DNA of 64,000 nucleotides, from the NCBI GenBank assembly GCA_963716025.1, contig CAVQSY010000041.1, forward strand, positions 6,985 to 70,984, given 5' to 3'. Below are positions 10,199 through 20,861 of this stretch, piece by piece. The DNA is from an uncultured Chloroflexia bacterium (lineage in GTDB: Bacteria > Chloroflexota > Limnocylindria > Limnocylindrales > CSP1-4). The position numbers and the translations under genes were made by a program. The first letter of the stretch is position 1, and every line of letters starts with the position of its first letter. The notes under the pieces were generated by a model, which worked only from the letters and a program-made list of their open reading frames with translations, was not told the origin of the DNA and made no database searches.

Positions 10199-10476
10199 GG
10201 CTCGATTCTTGCACAGGGAGCTCACCGCGGGCGTCGCTCCCCAGCACCGATGCCCGCCCGACGCTCGCCCGTTAACGGGAGGGACCGGAAGCGCCTGCCC
10301 AATCGGCGCTCCCGGTCCGAGGGAGGGAGGATGGAACCTGAGGGGTGTTCCGGGACGAACGATAGACGCGGTCGGATTCAAGCCCGGCAGGGCGAACGGT
10401 TAAGAAACGGACATCTCGCGGGTGGACCCGGGGATCGCGGCGGGGCCGGGCCGATGCCGTGGCACAATCGCCGTCC

Positions 10477-11838
10477 ATGACTGCCTACACGCGAAGCTCG
10501 GGGACCCTGGTCGCGCTCGTCGCGGCCCTGGTCGTGGCTGCCTGCGGCCCTGCCTCCCCAACCACCCCGCCGGCGACCACAGGTCCCGCCCCCACCGAGA
10601 CCGCGGCGCCGATCGCCACCCCCACGGCGCACCCGTCGGCCTCGGCAGCGGGATCCGTGTGCGACGACAGCGTCGTCGGCTCGCCGAATCCCACCTCGGA
10701 TGCGAGCGACCCCAACGCGGACACGTACGCGGCGATCGAGTCCCAGGTCGAGGAGCTGCGCGGGCTCAGCACCACGACGCCTGTCGAGCGTGGCCTGTTC
10801 GACACGGCCGGGCTCTGCGCATACCTGCGGGACAGCTTCCGAAGGGACAATCCCGAGGATCTCATCCGCAGCACGCAGGTCCTGTACAAGGAGCTGGGCC
10901 TGATGCCGCAGGACGCATCGCTGGAGCAGCTCTACCTCGACCTCCTCACCAGCCAGGTGGCCGGCCTGTACGACGACGAGACCCGGCACATGTACGTGGT
11001 CAGCCAGTCGGGGGCGATCGGGCCGACCGAGGAGATCACCTACGCCCACGAGTACGTCCACGCGCTCCAGGACCAGCGGTTCGTCCTCAAGGGCTTCGTG
11101 GGTGAGGCCACCGACCAGGGGGATCGCACGATGGCCAGGCTCGCCGTGGTCGAGGGCGACGCGACCCTCGCGATGACCCTGTGGGCCCAGCGGTACCTGA
11201 CCCCGGCCGAGCTGTCGGAGGTCGCCGGCAGCGTGGACCCGGCGTCGCAGGCCATCCTGGACGCCATGCCGGCGATCCTGCGGGATCCCCTCGAGTTCCC
11301 CTACCTCCAGGGACTCCAGTTGACCCTCGGCGCCTTCTCGACCGGCGGCTATGACGCCGTGAACGAGCTGTTCGCCAGCCCGCCGGACTCCACCGAGCAG
11401 GTCCTGCATCCCGACCTGTTCCGGGTTCGCGAGCAGCCCGCAACGGTCGCGTTCCCGGACGACCTCGCGGCGCGCCTTGGCGACGGCTGGAGCGTCGCGG
11501 CCCAGGACACCTTTGGCGAGCTCGTCCTGGGGATCCTGCTCCGGGATGCCGAAGGCGCGACCGGAGCCTCCGATGCTGCGGCGGGCTGGGGCGGCGACCG
11601 CGTCGCCCTGATCGAAGGTCCGGACGGGCAGGTTGCCGTGGTGCTCGACACGGTGTGGGATACGGATGCGGACGCCGGCGAGTTCGAGACCGCGTTGGCG
11701 CCGACCATCGTCGAGCTGACCGGGCTGGGGCGGTCACCGGCCGTCCTGCGTCCGGCACCGGATCGGGTCGTCCTGATCAGCGCGGAATCGACGGACACGA
11801 TGGGGCGCGTCGCCAACGTTCTCGGCCTGGCCCAGTAG
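10477..11838 (+). CDS. putative zinc metalloprotease lipoprotein (HExxH)
   Basis: N-terminus MTAYTRSSGTLVALVAALVVAAC has a lipobox. An HEYVH (HExxH) motif appears in ...ITYAHEYVHALQDQ.... An alternative GTG start lies at 10459. Confidence 0.6.
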   Translation: MTAYTRSSGTLVALVAALVVAACGPASPTTPPATTGPAPTETAAPIATPTAHPSASAAGSVCDDSVVGSPNPTSDASDPNADTYAAIESQVEELRGLSTTTPVERGLFDTAGLCAYLRDSFRRDNPEDLIRSTQVLYKELGLMPQDASLEQLYLDLLTSQVAGLYDDETRHMYVVSQSGAIGPTEEITYAHEYVHALQDQRFVLKGFVGEATDQGDRTMARLAVVEGDATLAMTLWAQRYLTPAELSEVAGSVDPASQAILDAMPAILRDPLEFPYLQGLQLTLGAFSTGGYDAVNELFASPPDSTEQVLHPDLFRVREQPATVAFPDDLAARLGDGWSVAAQDTFGELVLGILLRDAEGATGASDAAAGWGGDRVALIEGPDGQVAVVLDTVWDTDADAGEFETALAPTIVELTGLGRSPAVLRPAPDRVVLISAESTDTMGRVANVLGLAQ

Positions 11839-11846
11839 GGGTCCTC

Positions 11847-12068
11847 GTGGACGTCGCCGGCGGCTGGACTGGCGACGCCAGCGGCCCGTTGTCGTGCCCG
11901 GAGTGCGGCTGGACCAGGGCGGCATCCCTGCCCCGGGGCCCGATGGAGCCTGGAGGAGACGCCATCGCCGCTGCTGCGCCGACGTGCCCGCGCTGCGGCA
12001 CGATCGTGCCACCGGATCTGCCATCCGCCGAGGAAGTCCGTGCGGCGAGGCGCGCACCGGAAGGCTGA
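11847..12068 (+). CDS. small zinc-ribbon protein (uncertain)
   Basis: GTG start. Encodes ...CPECGW...(30 aa)...CPRCGT..., i.e. two CxxC pairs; 73 aa. Confidence 0.3.
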   Translation: MDVAGGWTGDASGPLSCPECGWTRAASLPRGPMEPGGDAIAAAAPTCPRCGTIVPPDLPSAEEVRAARRAPEG

Positions 12069-12137
12069 GCGTGGCGTGCCACGATCGCGCCCGTCCGGCC
12101 GCCCGGGAGGCGCTGACGACCGGACCCGCGAAGGCGC

Positions 12138-13835
12138 CTACATCGAGTCGGGAGCGGAGATCCCCAGCAGCGCCAGCGCGTTCGCCAGCGTGGACTTCGT
12201 CGCGAGCGCGAGAGCGAGGCGCCGAGCGGACCGCTCCGGCTGCTCCGTGTCCACGACGCGCGCATCCCGGTAGAACGCGTGGAACTGGGTCGCCAGCTCC
12301 GTGGCGTACACCGTGACGCCCTGGGTCTCCTCGGCCAGGACCGCGTCCTCGACCACCTCCGGCAGCCGCGAGACCGCCCGGGCCAGCGCCGCCTCGGGCT
12401 CGCCCTCCAGCACACCCGCTGCCGATGCCGCCGGTGCCAGGCCCGCGTCGGACGCCTTGCGCACGATCGAGGCGATCCGCGCGTGTGCGTACTGGACGTA
12501 GTAGACGGGGTTGTCGGCCGACTGCTGCCGCGCCTGCTCGATGTCGAAGTCGAAGGCGACATGCGCCGAGCGTGACGCGAAGAACCAGCGCGCCGCATCG
12601 GTGCCCACGGCGTCGAGCAGGTCATCGAGCGTGACGAACGTCCCCGCGCGCTTGGACATCGAGACCTCGACGCCGTCCACCACGAACCGGACCCAGCCGA
12701 TGAGCAGCACCTGGTAGTGGTCCGGGTCGTAGCCCATCGCCTGGGCGGCGTTCTTGTTGCGGGCCACCGTCCCGTGGTGGTCCACGCCCCAGATATAGAT
12801 CAGGTGGTCGAAGCCCCGGCTGAACTTCTCGGTCACGTAGCCGATGTCGGCCGCGAAGTAGGTCGGCCGGCCGTCGGAGCGGTAGATGACCCGGTCCTTG
12901 TCGTCGCCGTAGGCCGTGGAGCGGAACCAGGTCGCGCCGTCCTGCTCGTAGACCTCGTCGGCCGCGCGCAGCCGCTGGACGGCACGCTCGACCCAGCCCT
13001 CCTCGTGCAGGGAAGCCTCGCTCTTCCAGACATCGAACTGCACGCCCAGGCGCGCGAGGCTGGCCTCGATCATGCCCCGGACCCGCGTCGAGGCCCACGC
13101 GCCGAGGACCGTGGCGGCGTCGGCGCCATCCGCGGTTGCCGCGGCCCACACGTCTTCCGGCACCTCGCGAGCGAGCTGATCGACGTAGGCGCCCTTGTAG
13201 CCGTCGTCGGGCACGGGCTCGCCGCGGCGGACCGCAACCACCGAGGCGCCCAAATGGTTGATCTGCGCGCCGGAGTCGTTGAAGTAGTACTCGCGGGTCA
13301 CGGTCTGCCCGCCCGCCTCGAGGATGCGGCACAGCAGGTCCCCCACGAACGCCCCCCGCGCGTTGCCAACCGTCAGCGGGCCGGTCGGGTTGGCCGACAC
13401 GAACTCCACGTTCACCGACCGCGGATTGACGGCCGGGATGCGGCCCCATGCGGCTGGCGCGGCCAGGATCCCGTCGAGGAGCGACTCGTAGGCGGCGCTG
13501 GCGATCCGCAGGTTGATGAACCCGGGCTTCGCCACGTCCGCGTCATCGATGAGCCCCGCACCGGCTTCGCCTCGCAGGGACTGGGCGAGCGCCTCGGCGA
13601 TCTCCATCGGCGATCGGCGCAGCGGCCGGGCGAGCTTCATCGCGAGATTGGTGGCGAAGTCCCCGAACGACGCGTTGGTCGGCCGCTCGACCTCCACGGC
13701 GGGGGCGCCCGCCTCGGCTTCGAGCGGCGGCAGGAGACCCGCCGCGACCGCTTCCATCCACGCGCGCTCGACCGCCGTCCGGACCCGCGCGCGGATGGAC
13801 TCGGGGGCGGCGACGGCATGGGTGCGACTGGACAC
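12138..13835 (-). CDS. argS: arginine--tRNA ligase
   Basis: Class I aaRS with HIGH-like SANPTGPLTVGNARG, the KMSKS variant MSKRAG, and an anticodon-binding C-terminus. Start chosen at the GTG (13833-13835) preceded by AGGAGA with 6-nt spacing, rather than the upstream ATG at 13871. Confidence 0.85.
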   Translation of the reverse strand: MSSRTHAVAAPESIRARVRTAVERAWMEAVAAGLLPPLEAEAGAPAVEVERPTNASFGDFATNLAMKLARPLRRSPMEIAEALAQSLRGEAGAGLIDDADVAKPGFINLRIASAAYESLLDGILAAPAAWGRIPAVNPRSVNVEFVSANPTGPLTVGNARGAFVGDLLCRILEAGGQTVTREYYFNDSGAQINHLGASVVAVRRGEPVPDDGYKGAYVDQLAREVPEDVWAAATADGADAATVLGAWASTRVRGMIEASLARLGVQFDVWKSEASLHEEGWVERAVQRLRAADEVYEQDGATWFRSTAYGDDKDRVIYRSDGRPTYFAADIGYVTEKFSRGFDHLIYIWGVDHHGTVARNKNAAQAMGYDPDHYQVLLIGWVRFVVDGVEVSMSKRAGTFVTLDDLLDAVGTDAARWFFASRSAHVAFDFDIEQARQQSADNPVYYVQYAHARIASIVRKASDAGLAPAASAAGVLEGEPEAALARAVSRLPEVVEDAVLAEETQGVTVYATELATQFHAFYRDARVVDTEQPERSARRLALALATKSTLANALALLGISAPDSM

Positions 13836-14006
13836 GGACGGTCTCCTGGCGGGGGCGGGTGCGGCGCCCATCCTACCGGTCGAGCTGCAGGGATACCCCG
13901 GTCGCGGGACCCGCGGTGGGAGCCTGGCACGATCCGGGTGGCGACACGCCCTGCACCGGGCTGCGGCTGCGCGGCATCCGGCCGTGCGGCATCGCCCGGG
14001 ACGTTC

Positions 14007-14771
14007 CTACAGCGCCAGGTCCGCCCCGGGCCACACCATCTCGACCGGGCCCGGGTACGCCGCCCGGCATGATTCGATCGTGGCCTCCGGGTCGTTCCCC
14101 ATCTGGAGGTGGGTGAGCAACGCCCGCGAGGCTTGCGCGGACGCCGCCAGCCGCCCCACGGACGGCCCATCGAGGTGCTGGGCGCCCGGCGGCACCGGTC
14201 CGGTCCCGAATGACACCTCGGCCAGGAGGACGTCGCCTGGCCGGATCAGCGGGGCGATGTCCTCAGCCCGGCCGCAGTCCCCGCTGTACACGAGCCCGGG
14301 CCCATCGCCCGCGGCCGGCGCCACCCGGATGGCATAGCTCTCGTCCGTGTGGGTCACCAGCCCGCCCTGCAGGGTGAGGGTGCCGACCCGGTGCGGTCCC
14401 TCCCCGAGCGTGTCGACGTCGAGCGCCTCGGCGGCGAAGCCGGGCCATGCGTGGAGCGCGTCAAGCCTCGGGGCGAGCTCCGAGGGGCCCAGGACCCGAA
14501 CACGCCGCGGCGGTGAGAACTCGTATCGCAGGTAGTGGCGGAGGGGCACGAGGTCGATGTAGTGGTCCGGATGCAGGTGGCTGATGGCCACCGCCTCGAG
14601 ATCCTCCGGGCGGAGGTGCTCGAAGATCCGCGGAAACGACCCCTGACCCAGGTCGAGCAGGAGGCGTGTCGATCCGAGCGTGATGAGGTAGCACGCGCCG
14701 GTGGACCCGGCGCGATCGGTGTAGGCGGGTCCGGCGCCGAGCACCGACAACCGCAGCGACGGGTGGCTCAT
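14007..14771 (-). CDS. MBL-fold metallo-hydrolase
   Basis: HLHPDH (HxHxDH) motif, 254 aa; last gene of the minus-strand block. Confidence 0.7.
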   Translation of the reverse strand: MSHPSLRLSVLGAGPAYTDRAGSTGACYLITLGSTRLLLDLGQGSFPRIFEHLRPEDLEAVAISHLHPDHYIDLVPLRHYLRYEFSPPRRVRVLGPSELAPRLDALHAWPGFAAEALDVDTLGEGPHRVGTLTLQGGLVTHTDESYAIRVAPAAGDGPGLVYSGDCGRAEDIAPLIRPGDVLLAEVSFGTGPVPPGAQHLDGPSVGRLAASAQASRALLTHLQMGNDPEATIESCRAAYPGPVEMVWPGADLAL

Positions 14772-14829
14772 CGTCGGGCAGGGTAGACGATGCCGAGGTC
14801 ATGGCGGCGGGCGGCCCTGCGCACGCCGC

Positions 14830-15762
14830 TCACGCCGGCCGAAGCGGGACCTGGACCCGAGGACCCCCGCGCCGGAACGCCAGCGCCTCAAACCCGGCTC
14901 CGACAACCTGGCCATACGCCCTCGAGAGGCCGTAGGCGAACCACTCCGTCCGGTGGGCATCGCTGCCGATGGTCACGTGCCGGCCCCCGACCTCCCGGTA
15001 GCGGGCGACGATCGCGGCCGACGGGTAGGTCTCGCGGGGCAGCTGCCGCAGGCCGGACGCATTGACCTCCAGGGCCGTTCCCGATTCGACGAGCGCGGCG
15101 AGGACCGGCTCGTACAGCTCCGGGGCCGCGGCGAGCTGCACCGGGAGGACGTGGGGCACGAGGTATCGCTTGACGAAGTCGAGATGGCCGATGGTGTCGA
15201 ACAGGCCCGATCTCGCGGCGCCGATCACCTCCTCGAAGTACGGGGCGACGATGTCCGACAGGGAGCGCCCCGCGACGAACGCCGCCACGTTGGAGGCCTT
15301 GTACGGGGACTCGGCGCTGATGTGGACGGAGCCGATCACGTAATCATGTGGGTGGCGGCCCAGCCATCCCCGGATGTCATCCTCGTACCGGCGCTCGTAG
15401 GTCACTTCCACGCCGAAGCGGATGGCGAGACCGCGGTCTGCCCAGCGCCCCGCCGCCTCGCGCACGTCGCGCTCCCGGTCGGCGAACGAGGCAAACCCGT
15501 AGGCGGGCATGGCGGGGTCGAAATCCACGTGGTCGGTGATCGCCAGCTCGGCGATCCCGCGCTCGACCGCGAGCACGCAGTACGCCTCGAGCATCGCGTT
15601 CGCGTCGGGCGAGCGGATCGTGTGCAGGTGCGAGTCCAGCGGCAGGTCGCTCGAATCGCCGAGCCCGGCCCCGATGCCGGCGAGGTACACGTCGCGCTCG
15701 ACATCGGCCCGCGGGCGGGTGTCGGCGGGGTCGGGCACGCCGACGGGATGGGCGGGGCTCAC
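14830..15762 (-). CDS. PHP-family histidinol-phosphatase-like phosphoesterase
   Basis: Contains ...LPLDSHLHTIRSPDANAMLEAYCVLAVERGIAELAITDHVDFDP... (PHP domain). GTG start at 15760-15762 overlaps the kbl TGA stop (GTGA). The upstream extension of the ORF is an off-frame artefact. Confidence 0.65.
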   Translation of the reverse strand: MSPAHPVGVPDPADTRPRADVERDVYLAGIGAGLGDSSDLPLDSHLHTIRSPDANAMLEAYCVLAVERGIAELAITDHVDFDPAMPAYGFASFADRERDVREAAGRWADRGLAIRFGVEVTYERRYEDDIRGWLGRHPHDYVIGSVHISAESPYKASNVAAFVAGRSLSDIVAPYFEEVIGAARSGLFDTIGHLDFVKRYLVPHVLPVQLAAAPELYEPVLAALVESGTALEVNASGLRQLPRETYPSAAIVARYREVGGRHVTIGSDAHRTEWFAYGLSRAYGQVVGAGFEALAFRRGGPRVQVPLRPA

Positions 15763-17003
15763 CCGCTGATGACGCCCAGCTCGTGCCCGACCCGGTCGAA
15801 CGCCGAGACCGCCTGCTCCAGCAGGTCGTGGGTGTGCGCCGCCGTGACGATCGTCCGGATCCGCGCCCGGTCGAGGGCCACGGTGGGGAACACCACCGAG
15901 GTACCGAACACACCCTCCTCGAACAGGCGGTTCGAGAAGCGGATGGTGAGCTCGCTGTCGCCCAGGACCACCGGCGTGATCGGCGTCTCGCTGGTGCCGA
16001 TGTCGAACCCGAGGCGGCCGAGCTCGCCCTTGAGGAAGCGGGTGTTCGCCCACAGGCGCTCGAGGAGCTCCGGCTCCTCCTGCATGATCGAGATCGCCTC
16101 GCGGCAGGCCGCGGCAACCGCGGGCGGGTGGCTGGCGGAGAACAGGAACGGACGCGCCCGCTGGACCAGGATGTCGCGCAGGGCCTGCGACCCGGCCACG
16201 TAGCCACCGAGGACGCCCATCGCCTTGGACATCGTCCCGATCTGGACGGCGACCCGCCCGTCAAGCCCGAAGTGGTTCACCGTCCCGCGGCCGTCCGCCC
16301 CGAGCACGCCCGACGCGTGCGCATCGTCCACCATGACCGCGGCCCCGAACGCCTCCGCGACCTCCACGATGCCCGGCAGCGGGGCGATGTCGCCGTCCAT
16401 CGAGAACACGCCGTCGGTGACCACCAGGATCAGCCGCCACGGGCTGCCCTCGCCATCCCGTCCCTTCTCGGTCGCCTCGGCGAGGACCTCCCGAAGCGAG
16501 TCCACGTCGGCATGGCGATAGATCTTCCGAGGCGCCTTGGACAGCCGCATGCCGTCGATGATCGAGGCGTGGTTCAGCTCGTCGGACACGATCAGGTCGG
16601 TCTCGCCGGTGAGCGTGGGGATGACACCCGTGTTGGCCGTGAACCCCGACTGGAAGGTCAGCACCGCCTCGGTGTGCTTGAAGGCCGCGAGCTCCGCCTC
16701 GAGCGCCTCGTGGAGGGTCATCGTGCCCGCGATCGTCCGCACGGCGCCGGAGCCCGCGCCGAACTGCTCCACGGCGTCGATCGCGGCCCGCTTCATGCGC
16801 GGATGGTGTGACAGCCCCAGGTAGTCGTTGGACGACAGGCTGATGACCCGCCGGTCGTCGAGTGACACGATCGGACCCTGGGCGGACGACATGACCCGCA
16901 GCGGGCGGTAGAGGTGGCGCTCGCGCAGGGCGGCCAGCTCGTCGTCGAGGAACGCGAGGGGGTTGGGGCGCGACGCCGTGTCCATCATTGCCTCCTGCGC
17001 CAC
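15759..17003 (-). CDS. kbl: glycine C-acetyltransferase (2-amino-3-ketobutyrate CoA ligase)
   Basis: PLP-dependent alpha-oxoamine synthase family with the TMSKAMG lysine region; located immediately downstream of tdh. Confidence 0.85.
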   Translation of the reverse strand: MAQEAMMDTASRPNPLAFLDDELAALRERHLYRPLRVMSSAQGPIVSLDDRRVISLSSNDYLGLSHHPRMKRAAIDAVEQFGAGSGAVRTIAGTMTLHEALEAELAAFKHTEAVLTFQSGFTANTGVIPTLTGETDLIVSDELNHASIIDGMRLSKAPRKIYRHADVDSLREVLAEATEKGRDGEGSPWRLILVVTDGVFSMDGDIAPLPGIVEVAEAFGAAVMVDDAHASGVLGADGRGTVNHFGLDGRVAVQIGTMSKAMGVLGGYVAGSQALRDILVQRARPFLFSASHPPAVAAACREAISIMQEEPELLERLWANTRFLKGELGRLGFDIGTSETPITPVVLGDSELTIRFSNRLFEEGVFGTSVVFPTVALDRARIRTIVTAAHTHDLLEQAVSAFDRVGHELGVISG

Positions 17004-17006
17004 CGG

Positions 17007-18035
17007 CTAGTCCGTCCAGTCCATGATGACCTTGCCGGAATCGCCGGACCGGGCCGCGTCGAAGGCGGCCTCGTGGTCCCGGAACCCGAACCGGTGGGTG
17101 ATGGCGGGGCGGATGTCCAGCCCGGACTGGAGCATCACCGTCATCTTGTACCAGGTCTCGTACATCTCGCGGCCGTAGATCCCCCGGATGGTCAGCAGCT
17201 TGAACACGATCTCGTTGACGTCGATCCGGATGTCCTGGGTGGGGATGCCCAGGATCGCGATCGATCCCCCGTGGGCCATGCTGTCCATGGCGCTCCGGAT
17301 GGCCGCGGGGGCGCCGGACATCTCCAGCGCCACATCGAAGCCCTCCACCATCCCCAGCTCGCGCTGGACGTCGCCGAGGTCGTCACGGGCCGGGTCCACG
17401 ACCGTGGTCGCTCCCATCCGGAGCGCAAGCTCGCGGCGGGTCGGGTTGGGTTCGGAGACCACCACGAACCGGGCGCCGGCATGCCGGACGACCGCGGCGG
17501 CCATCAGGCCGATGGGGCCGGCCCCGGTGATCAGGACGTCCTCGCCCAGGACGGGGAACGCAAGCGCCGTGTGGACGGCGTTCCCGAACGGGTCGAAGAT
17601 CGCGGCGACCTCCTCGTCGATGCCGGGCCGGTGGTGCCAGATGTTGGTCATCGGCAGCACCACGAGCTCGGCAAAGGCGCCGGCCCGGCCGACGCCCAGC
17701 CCGACCGTGTTCGCGCACAGGTGGCGGCGCCCGGCGAGGCAGTGGCGGCATCGACCGCAGGTCACGTGGCCCTCACCGCTGACCATGTCACCCGGGTGGT
17801 AGTCCACCACGTTGGAGCCCACCTCCACGATCTCGCCGACGAACTCGTGACCGGCGATCAGCGGCGGCTCGATCGTCCGTGCCGCCCACGGATCCCAGGC
17901 TTCGATATGGAGGTCCGTGCCGCAGATGCCGGTCTTGCGCACGCGGACGACGACGTCGTTGATCCCCGGGACCGGATCCGGGACGTGCTCCAGGCTGAGG
18001 CCGGGTCCGGGTGCCGTCTTCACCAGCGCGAGCAT
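17007..18035 (-). CDS. tdh: L-threonine 3-dehydrogenase
   Basis: Zn-dependent MDR with GICGTDLH and [12 protein letters not shown] motifs; 342 aa; classic tdh-kbl pair. Confidence 0.9.
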   Translation of the reverse strand: MLALVKTAPGPGLSLEHVPDPVPGINDVVVRVRKTGICGTDLHIEAWDPWAARTIEPPLIAGHEFVGEIVEVGSNVVDYHPGDMVSGEGHVTCGRCRHCLAGRRHLCANTVGLGVGRAGAFAELVVLPMTNIWHHRPGIDEEVAAIFDPFGNAVHTALAFPVLGEDVLITGAGPIGLMAAAVVRHAGARFVVVSEPNPTRRELALRMGATTVVDPARDDLGDVQRELGMVEGFDVALEMSGAPAAIRSAMDSMAHGGSIAILGIPTQDIRIDVNEIVFKLLTIRGIYGREMYETWYKMTVMLQSGLDIRPAITHRFGFRDHEAAFDAARSGDSGKVIMDWTD

Positions 18036-18075
18036 GGGTGGCTCCTGCCTGTGCGGTTCCGCGATGTCCGGCGAC

Positions 18076-19056
18076 TCAGGGCTCCGGTCGCGGGTCCTCG
18101 GTCCAGTCGACGATGGGATTCTCCACCGTGCCGATGCCCTCGATCTCGCACCGGACGCGGTCCCCGGGCTCCAGGAACACGGGGGGCTCGCGGAACACCC
18201 CGACGCCCGCGGGCGTGCCCGTGGCGATCAGGTCGCCGGGCTCCAGCGTGATGTGCCGGCTGATGAAGCTCACCAGGGAGGGAACGTCCTGGAGCATGTC
18301 CGCCGTGGTCCCGTCCTGCATCAGCACCGGGGTGCCAGCCTGGTCGCCGCTGCCGGGGATTCGCCAGCTCCGGAGCGCCAGACCGGCGCCCGGGTCCACC
18401 TCGTCCGGGGTGACGAACGCCGGACCCATGGGCAGGAAGGTGTCAGAGCCCTTGGCTCGCAGCCACTGGCCGTCGCCCTTCTCGCCCTCGTGCAGCGCCT
18501 GGGGGTTGCCCTGCCAGTCGCGGGCGCTGACATCGTTGACCACGACATACCCGGCGACATGCGCAAGTGCCTGTTCCGGCGTGACGCGGCGCGCGGCGCG
18601 TCCGATGACGACCCCCAGCTCCACCTCCAGGTCCAGTGCCCGCGTCCCCTGGGGCCGGACGATCGCATCCCCGTCGCCGACGATCGAGTTCTGGAACTTG
18701 GCGAACAGCATCGGCCGGTCCGGCGGCGTGCGGCCGCCCTCGGTCGCGTGGTCGCGATAGTTGAGGCCGACGCACACGATCTTGCCGGTCACGACCTCGT
18801 TGAGGGCGGGCGCCGGGCGTCGAGCCTCCAGCTCGATCAGTGGCGCCCCCGCCTTCAGCGCTCGCCTGGCCGCCCGCCGGAGCTCGCCGATCCAGTCATC
18901 GTCGAACCCCAGCTGGAAGCCGACGCCGAGATGGGTGTCGATCGACGGATCGAGACGTCCGCGCTTCTCAAGCTGCGAGCCCGTCAGGAGCCGGCCCATG
19001 ATGACGACGCCGAATCGCTCGTCGTCGTAGCGGTCGTAGTACGCGTGGAGGTGCAT
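18076..19056 (-). CDS. fumarylacetoacetate hydrolase (FAH) family protein
   Basis: C-terminal ...[42 protein letters not shown]... is the FAH-fold signature. Confidence 0.75.
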   Translation of the reverse strand: MHLHAYYDRYDDERFGVVIMGRLLTGSQLEKRGRLDPSIDTHLGVGFQLGFDDDWIGELRRAARRALKAGAPLIELEARRPAPALNEVVTGKIVCVGLNYRDHATEGGRTPPDRPMLFAKFQNSIVGDGDAIVRPQGTRALDLEVELGVVIGRAARRVTPEQALAHVAGYVVVNDVSARDWQGNPQALHEGEKGDGQWLRAKGSDTFLPMGPAFVTPDEVDPGAGLALRSWRIPGSGDQAGTPVLMQDGTTADMLQDVPSLVSFISRHITLEPGDLIATGTPAGVGVFREPPVFLEPGDRVRCEIEGIGTVENPIVDWTEDPRPEP

Positions 19057-19066
19057 CGATCTCCCG

Positions 19067-19882
19067 TCAGCTTGGGGCCTGGCCTGGTGTCACCAGCGAG
19101 CCGGCGGACGGGCTCGCGGAGGGGACCGCACACTGCGGCTCCGGTGGGGCAACGAAGCGGCCGTCGGAGACACGTTCAGCGTAGCGGACGAAGAAGTCGT
19201 AGACCTGCGCGTCGTCGAGCGTGTCCAGGTAGAGCACACGGTCCCAGACCAGGGCCGCGTACCGCGTGGGCATCTGCTCGAACCGCGCCACGACCGGACC
19301 GACCACGCCCGCGGGGATGCTGCACACGGCGCTGCTGGGGAAGCCCTGGTCGAACGCCTGCAGCGCTGCGAGGCCGACGTCGTCGCATGCCCCCCGGTCG
19401 CACGAGTAGAGGAGCACGAGGCCGCCATGCTCGAGGTTGTGGATCCAGCCATTGGGGACGGAGTCGTCGTCGGGCCCGTACACCTTGGGCTCCAGCGGCC
19501 CGAACCCGGTCTTGTTGACGTGCTTGCCCGAGGCGGGTGGGCACACCGGGTAGGTGACCGTGTCGCCGGTCTGGACGTGGCCATTGCCCTGGTCCTGCTG
19601 GACCTGGCCAAGCTCGCCCGCAGCGGGTGGCTGGACGGTCTCCACCGCCGAGCAAGCATAGACCGGCGCGGCCGCACCGGCGACCACGGAGAAGCCGACT
19701 CCGACGAGCGCGACGACCGCCACGATCGCGAGGATCGGGGTGCGCAATCGCTGCAGGGCCGTCTGCTCGGGCGGGCGGTGGCGGGTGGCAACGCGTCGCC
19801 CGGCGCGGGGCGTGCCCGTCGGGCTGCGCTTGTGCGGCCGCTTGCCGGTGTCCTGGTTCGACGGTTGGCGTGAGTCGGTCAC
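19067..19882 (-). CDS. DUF3105-like membrane-anchored protein
   Basis: N-terminal TM helix, then a conserved ...NGWIHNLEHGGLVLLYSCD... motif typical of DUF3105. Confidence 0.55.
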   Translation of the reverse strand: MTDSRQPSNQDTGKRPHKRSPTGTPRAGRRVATRHRPPEQTALQRLRTPILAIVAVVALVGVGFSVVAGAAAPVYACSAVETVQPPAAGELGQVQQDQGNGHVQTGDTVTYPVCPPASGKHVNKTGFGPLEPKVYGPDDDSVPNGWIHNLEHGGLVLLYSCDRGACDDVGLAALQAFDQGFPSSAVCSIPAGVVGPVVARFEQMPTRYAALVWDRVLYLDTLDDAQVYDFFVRYAERVSDGRFVAPPEPQCAVPSASPSAGSLVTPGQAPS

Positions 19883-19963
19883 GGCGGGAAGGGTAGCGTC
19901 CCTTGCGCGCGAGCGCGCGAGCCGGGCATCTGGGGACGGACGCCGCTGGCGATGGCTCGCGGG

Positions 19964-20335
19964 CTAGGGCTCGCTCAGCCAGGCGCGGACACCGGGGCGG
20001 GTGAGGCCGAAGAACAACAGCGCGGCGAGGGCGGCGAGGATGACGGCGGCGATGGGCTGACCCGCCAGGACGGACAGCAGGATCGCGGGCAGCGTCAGGG
20101 ACGACAGGCCGAGCGCCAGGCCGCGGGCGGCCTGCTTGCGCTGGAGCACGAGCGTCGTGGTGAAGATCGTGTAGGCGAGCAGGATCATGACCACCACGCC
20201 GGGCAGCGAGACTGGCGCGCTGATGGCCTGGTCCACCACCCAGCGGAGCGAGACGCCGATCAGCCCGAGGACCAGGAAGGCGTAGCCGAGGAAGATCCGG
20301 ATGCCGCCTGGCATCCCGAGAAGCTGGCGGAGCAT
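19964..20335 (-). CDS. small polytopic membrane protein
   Basis: 123-aa hydrophobic protein (MLRQLLGMPGGIRIFLGYAFLVLGLIG...). The upstream R-rich ORF extension was rejected. Confidence 0.45.
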   Translation of the reverse strand: MLRQLLGMPGGIRIFLGYAFLVLGLIGVSLRWVVDQAISAPVSLPGVVVMILLAYTIFTTTLVLQRKQAARGLALGLSSLTLPAILLSVLAGQPIAAVILAALAALLFFGLTRPGVRAWLSEP

Positions 20336-20376
20336 GGACCGATGATGCCACCGCTGGCCCGGGTCCGTTTCGAGGC

Positions 20377-20823
20377 TCAGCCGCCGCCGATGACCCCGAG
20401 CCGCAACCGTCCCGCGAGCCACTTGACACCGTCGGGCGAGGCGCCTAGGCCGTGGTAGCTCGCCGCCTCGGCGACGGGCATCAGCCAGATCCCGGTGATG
20501 CCGAGATCGGTCGAGGTGCCGGGATTGCCGTCGTTGAGGTCGTCGAGGTGTGCCGTCAGACCGCGCAGGTCGCCGATGCCGTCGCCGTCGGAATCGGCAA
20601 AGGATCGGACGAAGATCTCGTAGAAGACGCGATCGTGCCACCAGCGAGCCTGGAGGGGCTCACCGCCGCAGGCCACCAGTGGCGGCGTGGTGGCAGCGCC
20701 CGACGGTTCCAGCACGGTCGGCAGCGACGCGGGTGCCGGCGACGCGGGTGCCGGCGCGCAGGCGGTGACCAGCAGAACGGTCGCCACGGTGAGGGCCGCA
20801 CGACGGCGGGCTGAGGAGATCAC
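20377..20823 (-). pseudogene. truncated GH13 alpha-amylase-family lipoprotein (N-terminal fragment only)
   Basis: GTG start. Lipoprotein signal [21 protein letters not shown], then [36 protein letters not shown]...[11 protein letters not shown]...SYHG, the GH13 A-domain N-terminus. The frame terminates about 110 aa into the domain, right where YHGYD is expected. Divergent from an intact GH13 gene. Confidence 0.45.
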
Positions 20824-20861
20824 CGGCCGAGTCGAGCGTCCGGTTCGGTATCCTCTCGGAC

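Noticed and set aside
14830-16053. Full 407-aa extent of the PHP phosphatase ORF
   Set aside because: The first roughly 97 codons overlap kbl and are low-complexity; the start was moved to the GTG overlapping the kbl stop.
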